Assembly: GCA_017434345.1 (NCBI GenBank)
Contig: JAFRFM010000039.1
Coordinates: forward strand, 1 to 63,014
Source of the DNA: Candidatus Saccharimonadota bacterium
Lineage (GTDB): Bacteria > Patescibacteriota > Saccharimonadia > Saccharimonadales > Saccharimonadaceae
Direction of reading: 5' to 3'
Length of the DNA stretch: 63,014 bases
The translations under genes were made by a program, and so were the position numbers. A model generated the notes under the pieces. It was given only the letters and a program-made list of their open reading frames with translations, ran no database searches and had not been told where the DNA came from. Below are positions 39,453 through 49,467 of the stretch, one piece after another; the first letter of the stretch is position 1; each line of letters begins with the position of its first letter.

Positions 39453-42400
39453 GTGAGTACTAAACAAGCAAAGCGCATCTTCTTTACGGAAGGTGATCAA
39501 GCACTCCCTATCCCTGATTTGATTGCACATCAGAAGGATAGCTGGAACGACTTTGTCGAATCGGGTCTTCGCGAAGTCTTTAATGAACTTAACCCTATAG
39601 ACGACTATACCGGAGAAAAACTCTCCCTACGGTTTAAAGATTACGAATTCCGCGAACCGAAACAAAACGAACGCGACGCAAAGCGTAACCTAGCTTCCTA
39701 TGAAGCCCCGCTACACGTCTTGGTTGAGCTAGAAAATAAAGTAACCGGTGAGAAGAAAGAACAGGATATATTCTTCGGTGATTATCCATGGATGACCGAC
39801 CGTGCTACCTTCGTAATTAACGGTACTGAGCGCGTCGTCGTTTCTCAGCTCATTCGTTCTGCCGGAGTATTCTTCACCGCCGATAACGTAGGTGGTCGTA
39901 ATTACTACGGCGCAAAGGTCATCCCGGGACGTGGTGCCTGGCTAGAATTTGAAACTGCTACTAATGGTGCTATCTACGTTAAGATTGACCGCCGCCGTAA
40001 AATCCCAGTTACTACTCTTCTTCGTGCCCTCGGAATTTCGAAAAAGTCCGAGATTAAAGAAAAGTTTGAAAACATTGATACCGGTGAAATTAGCTACATT
40101 GACGCTACTTTGGATAAAGACACGACTTCTGGACAATCTGAAGCTCTTATCGAAGTCTATCGTAAGCTCCGTCCGGGCGATCTCGCTACCGTTGAAAACG
40201 CTAAGTCTATGATTGAGCGTACCTTCTTTGACTATAAGCGCTATGACTATTCGGTAGTCGGCCGTTTTAAGATTAACCAGCGCCTCGGCTTTGACACCCC
40301 TAACGATCACGCTCATCGTACTCTACAGATGGAAGATCTAATCGCTATCATCTCGGAAATCATCCGTCTAAATAACACTCAGGAAGAACCTGATGATATC
40401 GACTCTCTTTCTAATCGTCGTATTAAACTTGTCGGCGAATTGGTCCAACGTCAGTTCCGCCTAGGCATGCTTCGTTTGCAGCGTAATATTCTTGACCGTA
40501 TGTCTATGGCGGACGTAGAGGAGGTTACCCCTTCTCAGCTCATCAACGCTCGCCCAGTTACCGCTGCAGTTAAAGAGTTTTTCGCTAGTTCTCAGCTCTC
40601 GCAGCTCATGGACGAAACTAACCCATTTTCTGAGCTTGCACATAAGCGCCGTCTAAGCTCTATGGGCCCTGGTGGTCTTACCCGCGAACGCGCCGGTTTT
40701 GATGTTCGTGACGCGCACCCTACTCACTATGGCCGTATCTGTACCGTAGAAACACCAGAAGGTGCGAACGTCGGTCTCGTGCTAAACCTCGCAACTTATG
40801 CACAGATTAACGAATATGGATTTATCGAGGCTCCATATCGTGTCGTAAAAAACGGTAAAGTTACTGACGAAGTCGTTTACGTCGATGCGGCAGAAGAAGA
40901 AAAGATGATTATTGCCGACACTTCCGCCAAGCTTGATAAAGATGGTAAATTTATCGACGCTCGCGTCTCGGCTCGTATCGCCGGTTCTCCTGCACAGGTA
41001 GAATCCAGCAAGATTACACATATCGACGCTGCACATAAGGAAATTCTCGGCGTATCTGCTTCTCTAATTCCGTTTGTCGAGAAAAACCGTGTCGACCGTT
41101 CTCTTATGGCCTGCGCCATGCAGAAACAGGCAGTCCCATTATTGAAACAGGACAACCCAATTGTCGGTACCGGTATAGAAGCCGAAGTCGCTAGAAATAC
41201 CTCCCAACTTGTAGTCGCCGAAGGGAAAGGCGAAGTGATAAAAGCTGATGGTGAATCAATTATCGTCAAATACGATAAGCTCGGTGAAAAAGAGTACAAA
41301 CTTATACATTTTGAGATGACTAACGATTCCCGCTGTTATAACCAACGTACAAAGGTTTCTCGCGGACAGAAAGTCAAGAAAGGCGACATTCTTATCGAAG
41401 GTGCTTCCGTTAATGACGGCGAACTTGCTCTCGGACGCGACCTACTCGTAGCCTTCATGCCCTGGCGTGGCTACAACATGGATGATGCTATTGTCATTTC
41501 CTCTCGTCTCGTTCAAGACGATACTCTTACCTCGATTAACATTAAGAGCTATGATGTAGAAGTTCGCGAAACGAAACTCGGCCCAGAACAGGTTACTCGC
41601 GACATCCCTAACGTTTCTGAACACTCACTTCGTCACCTCGGTGAAGACGGTATCGTTACCGTAGGTAGTGAAGTTCAAAATGGTGACATTCTCGTCGGTA
41701 AAAGTACACCGAAGGGCGAACAAGAGCTATCCTCTGAGGAGCGCCTGCTTCGCGCTATCTTCGGTGAAAAAGCTAAAGATGTCCGCGATACTTCCGTCCG
41801 TATGAACGGCTCTAGTACCGGTAAGGTTGTCGATGTCCGAGTTTATACTCGCGAACAGGGACACGAACTAAAAGCCGGTGTTCTTATGCAGATTAAAATC
41901 TTCGTTGCCGAAATGCGCAAGATTGGCGTCGGTGATAAGATGTCCGGTCGCCACGGTAATAAGGGTGTGGTATCACGCGTCCTCCCGGCCGAAGATATGC
42001 CATTCATGGAAGACGGTACGCCAATCGACGTAATTCTTAGCCCTATGGGCGTACCTAGTCGTATGAACCTCGGTCAGATTTTCGAAATCCATCTAGGTAT
42101 GGCCGCTCGCGCGCTCGGTTATAAAGTCGCTACCCCATCATTTAACGGTGTTTCCGACGAAACTATTAGCGAAGAGTTAGAGAAAGCCGGATTTAGCCGC
42201 GATGGTCGCGTCCAGCTTTACGACGGTCTTACTGGTGAGCCATTTGAAGAACGTACCTCTGTCGGTGTTATGCACATGCTCAAACTTCACCACATGGTTG
42301 ATGATAAAATTCACGCTCGTTCTACTGGCCCATACACTATGGTCACCCAGCAGCCGCTCGGTGGTAAAGCACAAAATGGTGGTCAGCGCTTCGGAGAAAT

Positions 42401-42836
42401 GGAGGTCTGGGCTTTGGAGGCTTATGGTGCTGCTACGATTCTTCAAGAAATGCTTACTATTAAATCTGATGACGTCTATGGGCGTGCAAAGGCTTACGAA
42501 TCTATCATCAAGCGCGAACCGATTGAGGGTCCAAAACTCCCAGAAGGCTTTAACGTATTAGTTAAAGAATTACAGGGTCTAGGTCTAAAAGTCGATCTTC
42601 TTGATCACGGTGATTCTAGCGATGCTTCCGAAGTAATTGAAGAGACTAGCCGCGCAATAGAAAAGGCTCAAGATGATAGACTCATCTATGAACAGCACAA
42701 AGAAGAAGATGAAACTATCGATATGGATAATATTAGCGATAAAGAAGTCGCCGAATTGATGGACGGCGATGAAGACGATATACAAATAACAACTGAGGAA
42801 GACGATGCGATTGTTGACCTCGGAGAGGAGTTATAA
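39453..42836 (+). CDS. rpoB: RNA polymerase beta subunit
   Basis: FVINGTERVVVSQL, ETPEG.N.GL, GDKMSGRHGNKG and GGQRFGEMEVWALEAYGA. Confidence 0.99.
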   Translation: MSTKQAKRIFFTEGDQALPIPDLIAHQKDSWNDFVESGLREVFNELNPIDDYTGEKLSLRFKDYEFREPKQNERDAKRNLASYEAPLHVLVELENKVTGEKKEQDIFFGDYPWMTDRATFVINGTERVVVSQLIRSAGVFFTADNVGGRNYYGAKVIPGRGAWLEFETATNGAIYVKIDRRRKIPVTTLLRALGISKKSEIKEKFENIDTGEISYIDATLDKDTTSGQSEALIEVYRKLRPGDLATVENAKSMIERTFFDYKRYDYSVVGRFKINQRLGFDTPNDHAHRTLQMEDLIAIISEIIRLNNTQEEPDDIDSLSNRRIKLVGELVQRQFRLGMLRLQRNILDRMSMADVEEVTPSQLINARPVTAAVKEFFASSQLSQLMDETNPFSELAHKRRLSSMGPGGLTRERAGFDVRDAHPTHYGRICTVETPEGANVGLVLNLATYAQINEYGFIEAPYRVVKNGKVTDEVVYVDAAEEEKMIIADTSAKLDKDGKFIDARVSARIAGSPAQVESSKITHIDAAHKEILGVSASLIPFVEKNRVDRSLMACAMQKQAVPLLKQDNPIVGTGIEAEVARNTSQLVVAEGKGEVIKADGESIIVKYDKLGEKEYKLIHFEMTNDSRCYNQRTKVSRGQKVKKGDILIEGASVNDGELALGRDLLVAFMPWRGYNMDDAIVISSRLVQDDTLTSINIKSYDVEVRETKLGPEQVTRDIPNVSEHSLRHLGEDGIVTVGSEVQNGDILVGKSTPKGEQELSSEERLLRAIFGEKAKDVRDTSVRMNGSSTGKVVDVRVYTREQGHELKAGVLMQIKIFVAEMRKIGVGDKMSGRHGNKGVVSRVLPAEDMPFMEDGTPIDVILSPMGVPSRMNLGQIFEIHLGMAARALGYKVATPSFNGVSDETISEELEKAGFSRDGRVQLYDGLTGEPFEERTSVGVMHMLKLHHMVDDKIHARSTGPYTMVTQQPLGGKAQNGGQRFGEMEVWALEAYGAATILQEMLTIKSDDVYGRAKAYESIIKREPIEGPKLPEGFNVLVKELQGLGLKVDLLDHGDSSDASEVIEETSRAIEKAQDDRLIYEQHKEEDETIDMDNISDKEVAELMDGDEDDIQITTEEDDAIVDLGEEL

Positions 42837-42837
42837 A

Positions 42838-45800
42838 ATGGCTTGGATGGATAATTTTATCTCGGCTTCCGACTTTGACTCTATTAAGCTATCCGTAGCA
42901 TCAGCTGAAGATATCTTAAACTGGAGCTACGGCGAAGTCATGAAGCCGGAAACTATTAACTATCGTACACAAAAACCAGAACGCGATGGACTTTTCTGTG
43001 AGCGTATCTTTGGCCCAGTAAAAGACATCAACCCGCACGACAGTAAACTAAAAGGCGTTCGCTCTCGCGAGGCGGCCGTTGACAAGGATGGTAACCTTGT
43101 CACGAAGTCGATTTCCCGTCGCGAACGTATGGGGCACATCGCGCTCGCCGCGCCAGTCGCGCATATCTGGTTTATGCGTGGTACACCTAGCGCGCTTAGC
43201 CTACTTATGAACCTGACTGTTAAGAATATTGAGCGTGTAGTTTACTTTGCCTACTATCTCATCACTGATAGTAAAGACGAAGAGATCGCGCAAACGCTAG
43301 GCGATCTTGAGGCGCAAACCGAAGCCGCTCGTCAAGCAATTAAGCTTCGCTACGAAGAAATGGCTAAAGACGAGAACGCTAATACTAAAGCGCTAGCCGA
43401 AGAAGAAGCAAAAGAAATAGAAGAGCTCGAATCTGACTTTAACATGCGCAAGGGGATTCTTCAGGGTCTCAAAAAAGGCGCAGTCATTTCCGAAATCGAT
43501 TACCGTAATCTTCCAGAAGAATACGATGAACTAATCGAAGTAGAAATGGGCGCTACTGCGATTAAGAAGATTCTTGATGAAATCGACGTCGATCAGATGA
43601 TTGCCGATCTAAAAGCCGAGGCCGAAGAGTCTAAAGGTCAAAAAGAGAAGAAAATCGTCAAGAGACTAAAGCTTCTTGAAGGTATGCAAATAGCGGGCAT
43701 TAAGCCATCTGACCTTATCCTAACGGTTATTCCAGTCATTCCTCCAGATTTGCGTCCGATGATTAGCCTTCCTGGCGGTCGTTTCGCCACATCCGACCTT
43801 AACGATCTCTATCGTCGTGTTATTAACCGTAATAATCGTCTCAGGAAGCTCCTCGACCTCCATGCTCCAGAAGTCATTTGTCGTAATGAAATGCGTATGC
43901 TTCAGGAAGCCGTTGATGCACTTATTGATAACTCCGCTTCTCGGGGTAGCCGCGCAGCTAGTGCCTCTAATGGTCGCCGTAAGCTAAAATCTCTCTCCGA
44001 CCTTCTTAAAGGTAAACAGGGTCGTTTCCGCCAGAACCTTCTCGGTAAGCGTGTAGATTATTCTGGCCGCTCGGTTATCGTTGTTGGTCCAGAGTTAAAA
44101 CTTAACGAATGTGGTCTGCCGAAACAAATGGCGCTCGAACTCTTTAAGCCGTTCGTAATCTCTTGGCTTATGGAAAACGAATACGCCGCAAATATCCGTT
44201 CTGCTACCCGTATGATTGAAGCCGGTGAAAACGCCGTTTGGGATGCGCTAGATGAGGTAATTAAAGGCAAATATGTCCTTCTAAACCGCGCTCCGTCGCT
44301 CCATCGTCTCTATATTCAGGCCTTCCAACCAAAACTCATCGACGGTAAAGCAATCCAGCTTCACCCACTCGTCGCAACCGGCTTTAACGCCGACTACGAC
44401 GGCGACCAGATGGCCGTTCATCTACCACTTTCTGATGACGCACAGGCTGAGGCCCGCGAGCTTATGGCCGCAACCAAGAACCTCTTAAAACCAGCCGACG
44501 GTGCCCCGGTACTATCGATTTACCAGGACGTCGTTCTCGGTATCTACTACCTAACTTATGACAAACCAGGTACTTCTACCGAGGAAGTTAAGCCGTTTAG
44601 CTCTATCTATGAAGCAGAAATGGCTTACGACCAGGGTCTTATCCACTTACAGACCCCAATCCGCGTATTCGCTAAAAAAGAGATTCGCACTACTACTCTT
44701 GGTCGTGTTATCTTTAACGAGATTCTTCCAGAAGACTATCCATTTGATAACTCTGTCCAAACTAGTAAACAGCTTAAGAAAGTTATGGCTAACATCTTTG
44801 ACCGCTACGGTGCAGAAACTACCGTTGAAGTTGCCGATAAGATTAAGAATCTCGCCTTCGAGTATGAAACCGTCGCTAGTGTCTCTACCGCAAAGGATGA
44901 CTACCCAACTTACCCAGAGATTCAAGATTTCTTAGCCGAAGGTGATGCAAAGACCGCACTCATCCAAGAGCAGTATGATCAGGGTCTCGTTACTGAGGAA
45001 GAGCGCTATAACTTAACTATCGCTAACTGGCGTGATATCGACGATAAGATTTCCGACTTCCTTAAGGAGAAGCTTTCCGAGATGGACACCGATATCGCGG
45101 TGATGACCAACTCTGGTGCTCGTGGTAGCGTGTCTAACATTAAGCTCGCTTCCGCAGAAATCGGTATTATGGTGGACATTAACAACAACGAGATCGAGCT
45201 TCCGGTCAAGTCTAGCTATAAAGACGGTCTAAACACGCTTGAGTCCTTCATCGCGACTCGAGGTGCCCGCCAGGGTCAGGTTGCTACTGCGCTTCGTACC
45301 GCAGACTCCGGTTATCTAACTCGTCGTCTCGTAGATGTCGCTCAAGATGTCTTTACTATCGAAGAAGATGCCGAAGATCCAGGCTTCACCGTCTATAAGG
45401 CAGAAGTCAATGAAGCTGGCGTCGCTTTCTCAGCTTGGATCTCTGGTCGCTATACTGCTGCTCCGGTTCCTGGTTATCTTGAAGCCGACCAGCTTATCAC
45501 TCCAGAAATCGCTGCCCAGCTTGAAGCCGATGATAAAGTTGAATCTGTCACGATTCAATCTATCCTCACGACTACCGCAATCGACGGTATCCCACAGAAG
45601 GCTTACGGTATCGATATGTCCACCCGTGAGCTCGTCGCCCCACACCAACCTGTCGGCGTTATCGCTGCGCAGTCGCTTGGTGAGCCAGGCACTCAGCTTA
45701 CCCTTGATACGAAGCACGGTTCCGGTGTTGCCGGTTCCGGTGCAATCGCTCGTGGTCTTCCACGTGTCGAGGAGCTTCTCGAAGCCCGCTCACCAAAGGG

Positions 45801-46656
45801 TCAAGCTTGGATTTCCCCAATCGACGGCGTCGTTGAAACTTGGGAAGATAATAATCACTACATTGTCCAAATCACCCCAGAAGCTGGACAGACCGTTCGC
45901 GTCGAGCTTGAGGGACGCAAGGCAAAGGTTAAGGATGGCGCATCTGTAAAAGCTGGCGATGTCATCGCTAGTAAAGCTAAGGGCGCAGACCCAATTATGG
46001 CTAAATTCGATGGTAACGCTCAGCTCGTCGATGGCGCAATTATCCTTGTCGAAAACGCCGGAAACCCAGTCCGCATCGAAATCCCTGGCGATGCCGAGCT
46101 TGTCGTCAAGAGTAATGACACTGTCAAGGCTGGCGACCGCCTGACTACCGGTTCTCTAAATCTCCAAGATTTACTAAAGTTCAAGGGTCGCGAAGCTACC
46201 GCACGCTATATCATGAACGACGTTCTCTCGGTCTATGCCGCTCAGGGACACGAGATTTCCTCGAAACATCTTGAGATTATCGTCCGCCAGATGTTTAGCC
46301 GTATCATGATTGACGAATCTGGAGATTCTGACTTCGTAGCCGGCGATATCATCAGTCAAACCGCGGTAGAATCCGAGAATCAAAAGCTCGAAGCAGAAGG
46401 CAAAGAACCAGCTAAATATACCCACCTACTCCTAGGTATTACAAAGGTATCCATCTGGTCCGACTCCTTCCTCTCCGCCGCTTCGTTCCAGGATACTACT
46501 CGCGTATTGATTAACTCCGCAATTTCCGGACGTATTGACCATCTCCACGGTCTAAAGGAAAATGTGATTATCGGTCGCAAGATTCCTGTCGGTACTGGTG
46601 CTATTCCTCTAAAAACCGAGGACGAGCCTAGCGAAGAAGATATCGCAGACGCCTAA
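42838..46656 (+). CDS. rpoC: RNA polymerase beta-prime subunit
   Basis: KPETINYRT, RFRQNLLGKRVDYSGRSVI, NADYDGDQM and GLKENVIIG; start at ATG 42838 after GAGGAG. Confidence 0.99.
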   Translation: MAWMDNFISASDFDSIKLSVASAEDILNWSYGEVMKPETINYRTQKPERDGLFCERIFGPVKDINPHDSKLKGVRSREAAVDKDGNLVTKSISRRERMGHIALAAPVAHIWFMRGTPSALSLLMNLTVKNIERVVYFAYYLITDSKDEEIAQTLGDLEAQTEAARQAIKLRYEEMAKDENANTKALAEEEAKEIEELESDFNMRKGILQGLKKGAVISEIDYRNLPEEYDELIEVEMGATAIKKILDEIDVDQMIADLKAEAEESKGQKEKKIVKRLKLLEGMQIAGIKPSDLILTVIPVIPPDLRPMISLPGGRFATSDLNDLYRRVINRNNRLRKLLDLHAPEVICRNEMRMLQEAVDALIDNSASRGSRAASASNGRRKLKSLSDLLKGKQGRFRQNLLGKRVDYSGRSVIVVGPELKLNECGLPKQMALELFKPFVISWLMENEYAANIRSATRMIEAGENAVWDALDEVIKGKYVLLNRAPSLHRLYIQAFQPKLIDGKAIQLHPLVATGFNADYDGDQMAVHLPLSDDAQAEARELMAATKNLLKPADGAPVLSIYQDVVLGIYYLTYDKPGTSTEEVKPFSSIYEAEMAYDQGLIHLQTPIRVFAKKEIRTTTLGRVIFNEILPEDYPFDNSVQTSKQLKKVMANIFDRYGAETTVEVADKIKNLAFEYETVASVSTAKDDYPTYPEIQDFLAEGDAKTALIQEQYDQGLVTEEERYNLTIANWRDIDDKISDFLKEKLSEMDTDIAVMTNSGARGSVSNIKLASAEIGIMVDINNNEIELPVKSSYKDGLNTLESFIATRGARQGQVATALRTADSGYLTRRLVDVAQDVFTIEEDAEDPGFTVYKAEVNEAGVAFSAWISGRYTAAPVPGYLEADQLITPEIAAQLEADDKVESVTIQSILTTTAIDGIPQKAYGIDMSTRELVAPHQPVGVIAAQSLGEPGTQLTLDTKHGSGVAGSGAIARGLPRVEELLEARSPKGQAWISPIDGVVETWEDNNHYIVQITPEAGQTVRVELEGRKAKVKDGASVKAGDVIASKAKGADPIMAKFDGNAQLVDGAIILVENAGNPVRIEIPGDAELVVKSNDTVKAGDRLTTGSLNLQDLLKFKGREATARYIMNDVLSVYAAQGHEISSKHLEIIVRQMFSRIMIDESGDSDFVAGDIISQTAVESENQKLEAEGKEPAKYTHLLLGITKVSIWSDSFLSAASFQDTTRVLINSAISGRIDHLHGLKENVIIGRKIPVGTGAIPLKTEDEPSEEDIADA

Positions 46657-46662
46657 AACAAG

Positions 46663-46689
46663 AAAAAGACCGCCTCGGCGGTCTTTTTG
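46663..46689. terminator. Bidirectional terminator after rpoC
   Basis: AAAAAGACCGCC-TC-GGCGGTCTTTTT. Confidence 0.85.
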
Positions 46690-47427
46690 TCACTGTTCGT
46701 TTAATACTGGCACTTCGCCAATCTTCTCGTGATCGGCATTTAATAGTACCCCCGCTTCCGAGGTGACGGCATAATGGTCCATCAGGCCGTCAAACGGACA
46801 TTTTTTATCAGTACGTTCGTCGAAAAAAACTAAGAACATATTGTTCAACATTTCCAACGAGGTCGCAAACTGATTATTTACGTCCGTGATTACCCGCGCA
46901 TCAGTTAGATCGTAGTAAGTCCTTACGACCTGTTCATCGAGCGCGCCCTGCTGTTTCAGAAAACCGAGGTAGCCAAGCGGAGCATATGTAACTCCGTCCT
47001 CGTCATCTACAAATAGCTGCGGAATCAGAGTAAACCTCGGCACGCCAAATTCATCTTCCTCGTCGTGTTTTTGGACAATACTAGTCAGCGCGTACCGATA
47101 ATCACCTCTGTCGAAGATAATGTTCGAATACATGATACCATGCTCATCCGGCCCTCCCGACGAAGTGAATATGACGTTCTTTGCGCCGTTTACTTCGAGG
47201 AAATCTTTAAAGCGGAAATATCCACCTTCCTCGAAGTAATCCGCTGTCCGAGGATCCGTCTTCCAATCCGTAACTGTCTCCAGCCACTTCGGAATCGGGT
47301 ATTCCTTCGCTTCCTCTGCCTTCGGCTGCTGCTCGGCGACATTGTAGTGATTCTCGTTTTCCACTACCTTCACCCCGCAACCAGAAAGCAAGGTCAGCGC
47401 ACATAATAACAGTAACATCTTTCTCAT
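46690..47427 (-). CDS. Putative lipoprotein (ORFan cassette)
   Basis: MRKMLLLLCALTLLSGC lipobox; GGGAGG SD; own TTGACA/TATAAT promoter. Confidence 0.7.
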   Translation of the reverse strand: MRKMLLLLCALTLLSGCGVKVVENENHYNVAEQQPKAEEAKEYPIPKWLETVTDWKTDPRTADYFEEGGYFRFKDFLEVNGAKNVIFTSSGGPDEHGIMYSNIIFDRGDYRYALTSIVQKHDEEDEFGVPRFTLIPQLFVDDEDGVTYAPLGYLGFLKQQGALDEQVVRTYYDLTDARVITDVNNQFATSLEMLNNMFLVFFDERTDKKCPFDGLMDHYAVTSEAGVLLNADHEKIGEVPVLNEQ

Positions 47428-47521
47428 ATCACACACCTCCCATGCGACATTGTTTTTAAGGTACTCCCACTATTATACTACACTTTTCCTAAAATGTCAA
47501 GAAAACAGGGGGACATACGGC

Positions 47522-47638
47522 GGGGCGGGAGCATTATCTCTTGTGAATCGTGTGCGCCTTACGAGGCGCACAGCGAGCGAGCCCTGTAACGACAGGCGCT
47601 CGCGCAGCGGGATTCACAAGAGATAATGCTCCCGCCCC
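47522..47638 (+). repeat. Fold-back element copy F upstream of the rplC promoter
   Basis: Perfect 28-bp arms GGGGCGGGAGCATTATCTCTTGTGAATC around core GTGTGCGCCT-TACG-AGGCGCAC...CCTGT-AACG-ACAGG...GCGG. Confidence 0.92.
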
Positions 47639-47656
47639 TAATACACTATTTTTCTC

Positions 47657-47686
47657 TTGACAGGCCGGGGAGACGTATGCTATACT
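47657..47686 (+). promoter_or_regulatory. rplC operon promoter
   Basis: TTGACA-18 bp-TATACT with TG extension. Confidence 0.75.
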
Positions 47687-47692
47687 AGTGGC

Positions 47693-47880
47693 AGTATATT
47701 CTAATAAGTAGGACATACAACTAGACGTTCGGGTAAGTCTGACAGTCGCCGTTCAGCTTAAGGGCTGCCGGCAAAACGGGAAACTGCCCATAAGTCTAGC
47801 TTCTGTTATGCTTCGGGTTATCTAGTCCTACGCCAGAGGTGTAACAGAGAAGAATTATTAATATTAAAGAAAGGAAACAG
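47693..47880 (+). promoter_or_regulatory. Long structured 5-prime leader of rplC
   Basis: Nested complementary segments GTAGGAC/GTCCTAC, CTAGAC/GTCTAG and CTGTTA/TAACAG. Confidence 0.5.
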
Positions 47881-48498
47881 ATGCAAGTCATCCTAGGCAC
47901 CAAAATTGGTATGACCCAGATCATCGGCGAAGATGGCGTCGTAACCCCTGTTACGATCCTACAAGCCGGCCCAGCCACAGTGACTCAGATTAAAACTGTC
48001 GAAACTGACGGTTATAACGCTGTGCAGCTAGGTTACGGTCAGGGTAAGAATCTGAGCAAGGCGGTTTCCGGTCACGTTAAAAAGGCCGGAGAAAATCTAA
48101 CTCCGAAGGTTCTAAAAGAATTTCGGGTAGAAGAGGCTCCAGAAGTAAAAATCGGTGACAACCTTACCGTCGAACAATTTAACATCGGCGATAAAGTTAC
48201 TATTACCGGTACTTCTAAGGGTAAAGGGTTTGCTGGTACCGTAAAGCGTTACAACTTTAACGAGTCCCGCAACACCCACGGCTTTAAGGGCAACATCCGC
48301 CGCGTGGGCTCTATCGGCTCGATGTATCCTCAAAAAGTCTGGAAAGGCAAGAAAATGCCAGGTCGTATGGGGCATGATCAGGTTACCGTTAAAAACCTCG
48401 TCATTGCTTACATCGACAAAGAAAATAATATTCTCGGCGTAAAGGGCGCTGTTCCAGGTCCACGCAAGGGAATTGTAACTGTAGAGGGAAAGGAGTAA
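47881..48498 (+). CDS. rplC: 50S ribosomal protein L3
   Basis: ILG.KIGMTQ, DGYNAVQ and SKGKGFAG. Confidence 0.98.
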   Translation: MQVILGTKIGMTQIIGEDGVVTPVTILQAGPATVTQIKTVETDGYNAVQLGYGQGKNLSKAVSGHVKKAGENLTPKVLKEFRVEEAPEVKIGDNLTVEQFNIGDKVTITGTSKGKGFAGTVKRYNFNESRNTHGFKGNIRRVGSIGSMYPQKVWKGKKMPGRMGHDQVTVKNLVIAYIDKENNILGVKGAVPGPRKGIVTVEGKE

Positions 48499-48499
48499 T

Positions 48500-49105
48500 A
48501 TGGCTACATTAGATAAAGACATTTTCAGCCTAAAAGTTGAAAACCACGAACTCCTCAAGACTGCTTATGACGCATATCTTGCTAACTCTCGCAGTTCTCA
48601 CGCAAAAACCCTAAAACGCGGTGAAGTTCGCGGTGGTGGTAAAAAACCTTGGAAGCAGAAAGGTACTGGTCGTGCTCGTTTCGGCTCTACCCGTAACCCT
48701 ATCTGGCGCCACGGTGGTGTCGCCTTCGGACGCACCGGCGAAGAAAACTTTACTAAGAAACTTAGTAAAACTAGTAAACATGTTGCTATCCGCCAGGCTC
48801 TCAGCCTACAAAATGCCGATAAAAACATTATTACTATCGCCGACTTTAGGATTAAAGATGGTAAAACTAAGGAAGCCATTAAGAATCTAGAGTCTGCAAA
48901 AGTTACTACGAAAGAGAAAGTTCTTCTCGTTCTCCCTGAGAAAGATGAGCTTACTCTTCGCGCGGTAAATAACTTGAATAACGTAAAAGTTGTTCGTCCT
49001 ACTTATCTAAACGTCTTTGACATCCTAAACGCTGATAAAATTGTCATCAGCGAAAAAGCGATGCCAACTATTAAAGACTGGCTTATCGGAAAGGAGGAAG
49101 CATAA
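48500..49105 (+). CDS. rplD: 50S ribosomal protein L4
   Basis: RGEVRGGGKKPWKQKGTGRAR. Confidence 0.98.
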   Translation: MATLDKDIFSLKVENHELLKTAYDAYLANSRSSHAKTLKRGEVRGGGKKPWKQKGTGRARFGSTRNPIWRHGGVAFGRTGEENFTKKLSKTSKHVAIRQALSLQNADKNIITIADFRIKDGKTKEAIKNLESAKVTTKEKVLLVLPEKDELTLRAVNNLNNVKVVRPTYLNVFDILNADKIVISEKAMPTIKDWLIGKEEA

Positions 49106-49467
49106 TGGAACTTATCCCACGCGCTACAGAAAAAACTTACCTAGAGCAAGCTAAGCGCACTTACGCTTTTATCGTCCCGAAATCTGCTAGTAAACAAGCT
49201 GTCGCAGAAGCCGTTGCCGAAGAATTTAAGGTTACCGTAACTGATGTCCGTACCTTAATGCGTAAAGGTAAAGCCACTCGTTACTCTAAGGGCAAACACG
49301 CTTATCCTGGTACAACTTATCGTCAAGATAAGAAGATTGCCTACGTTACTTTAAAAGATGGCGACAGCATTCAGGTTTTCGAAGAGGTCGAGGAACCTGC
49401 TAAAGAAGATAAATCCGCAAAGACCACAGACAAGAAGTCTGAGGAAAAGAAAGGAGATAAGAAATAA
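49105..49467 (+). CDS. rplW: 50S ribosomal protein L23
   Basis: P..TEK and K.AYVTL; position between rplD and rplB. Confidence 0.93.
   Translation: MELIPRATEKTYLEQAKRTYAFIVPKSASKQAVAEAVAEEFKVTVTDVRTLMRKGKATRYSKGKHAYPGTTYRQDKKIAYVTLKDGDSIQVFEEVEEPAKEDKSAKTTDKKSEEKKGDKK

Noticed and set aside
39942-46580. Many 60-200 aa alternative-frame and antisense ORFs within rpoBC, leuS, dnaE and ribosomal genes
   Set aside because: Fully nested in well-supported genes; expected from codon bias.
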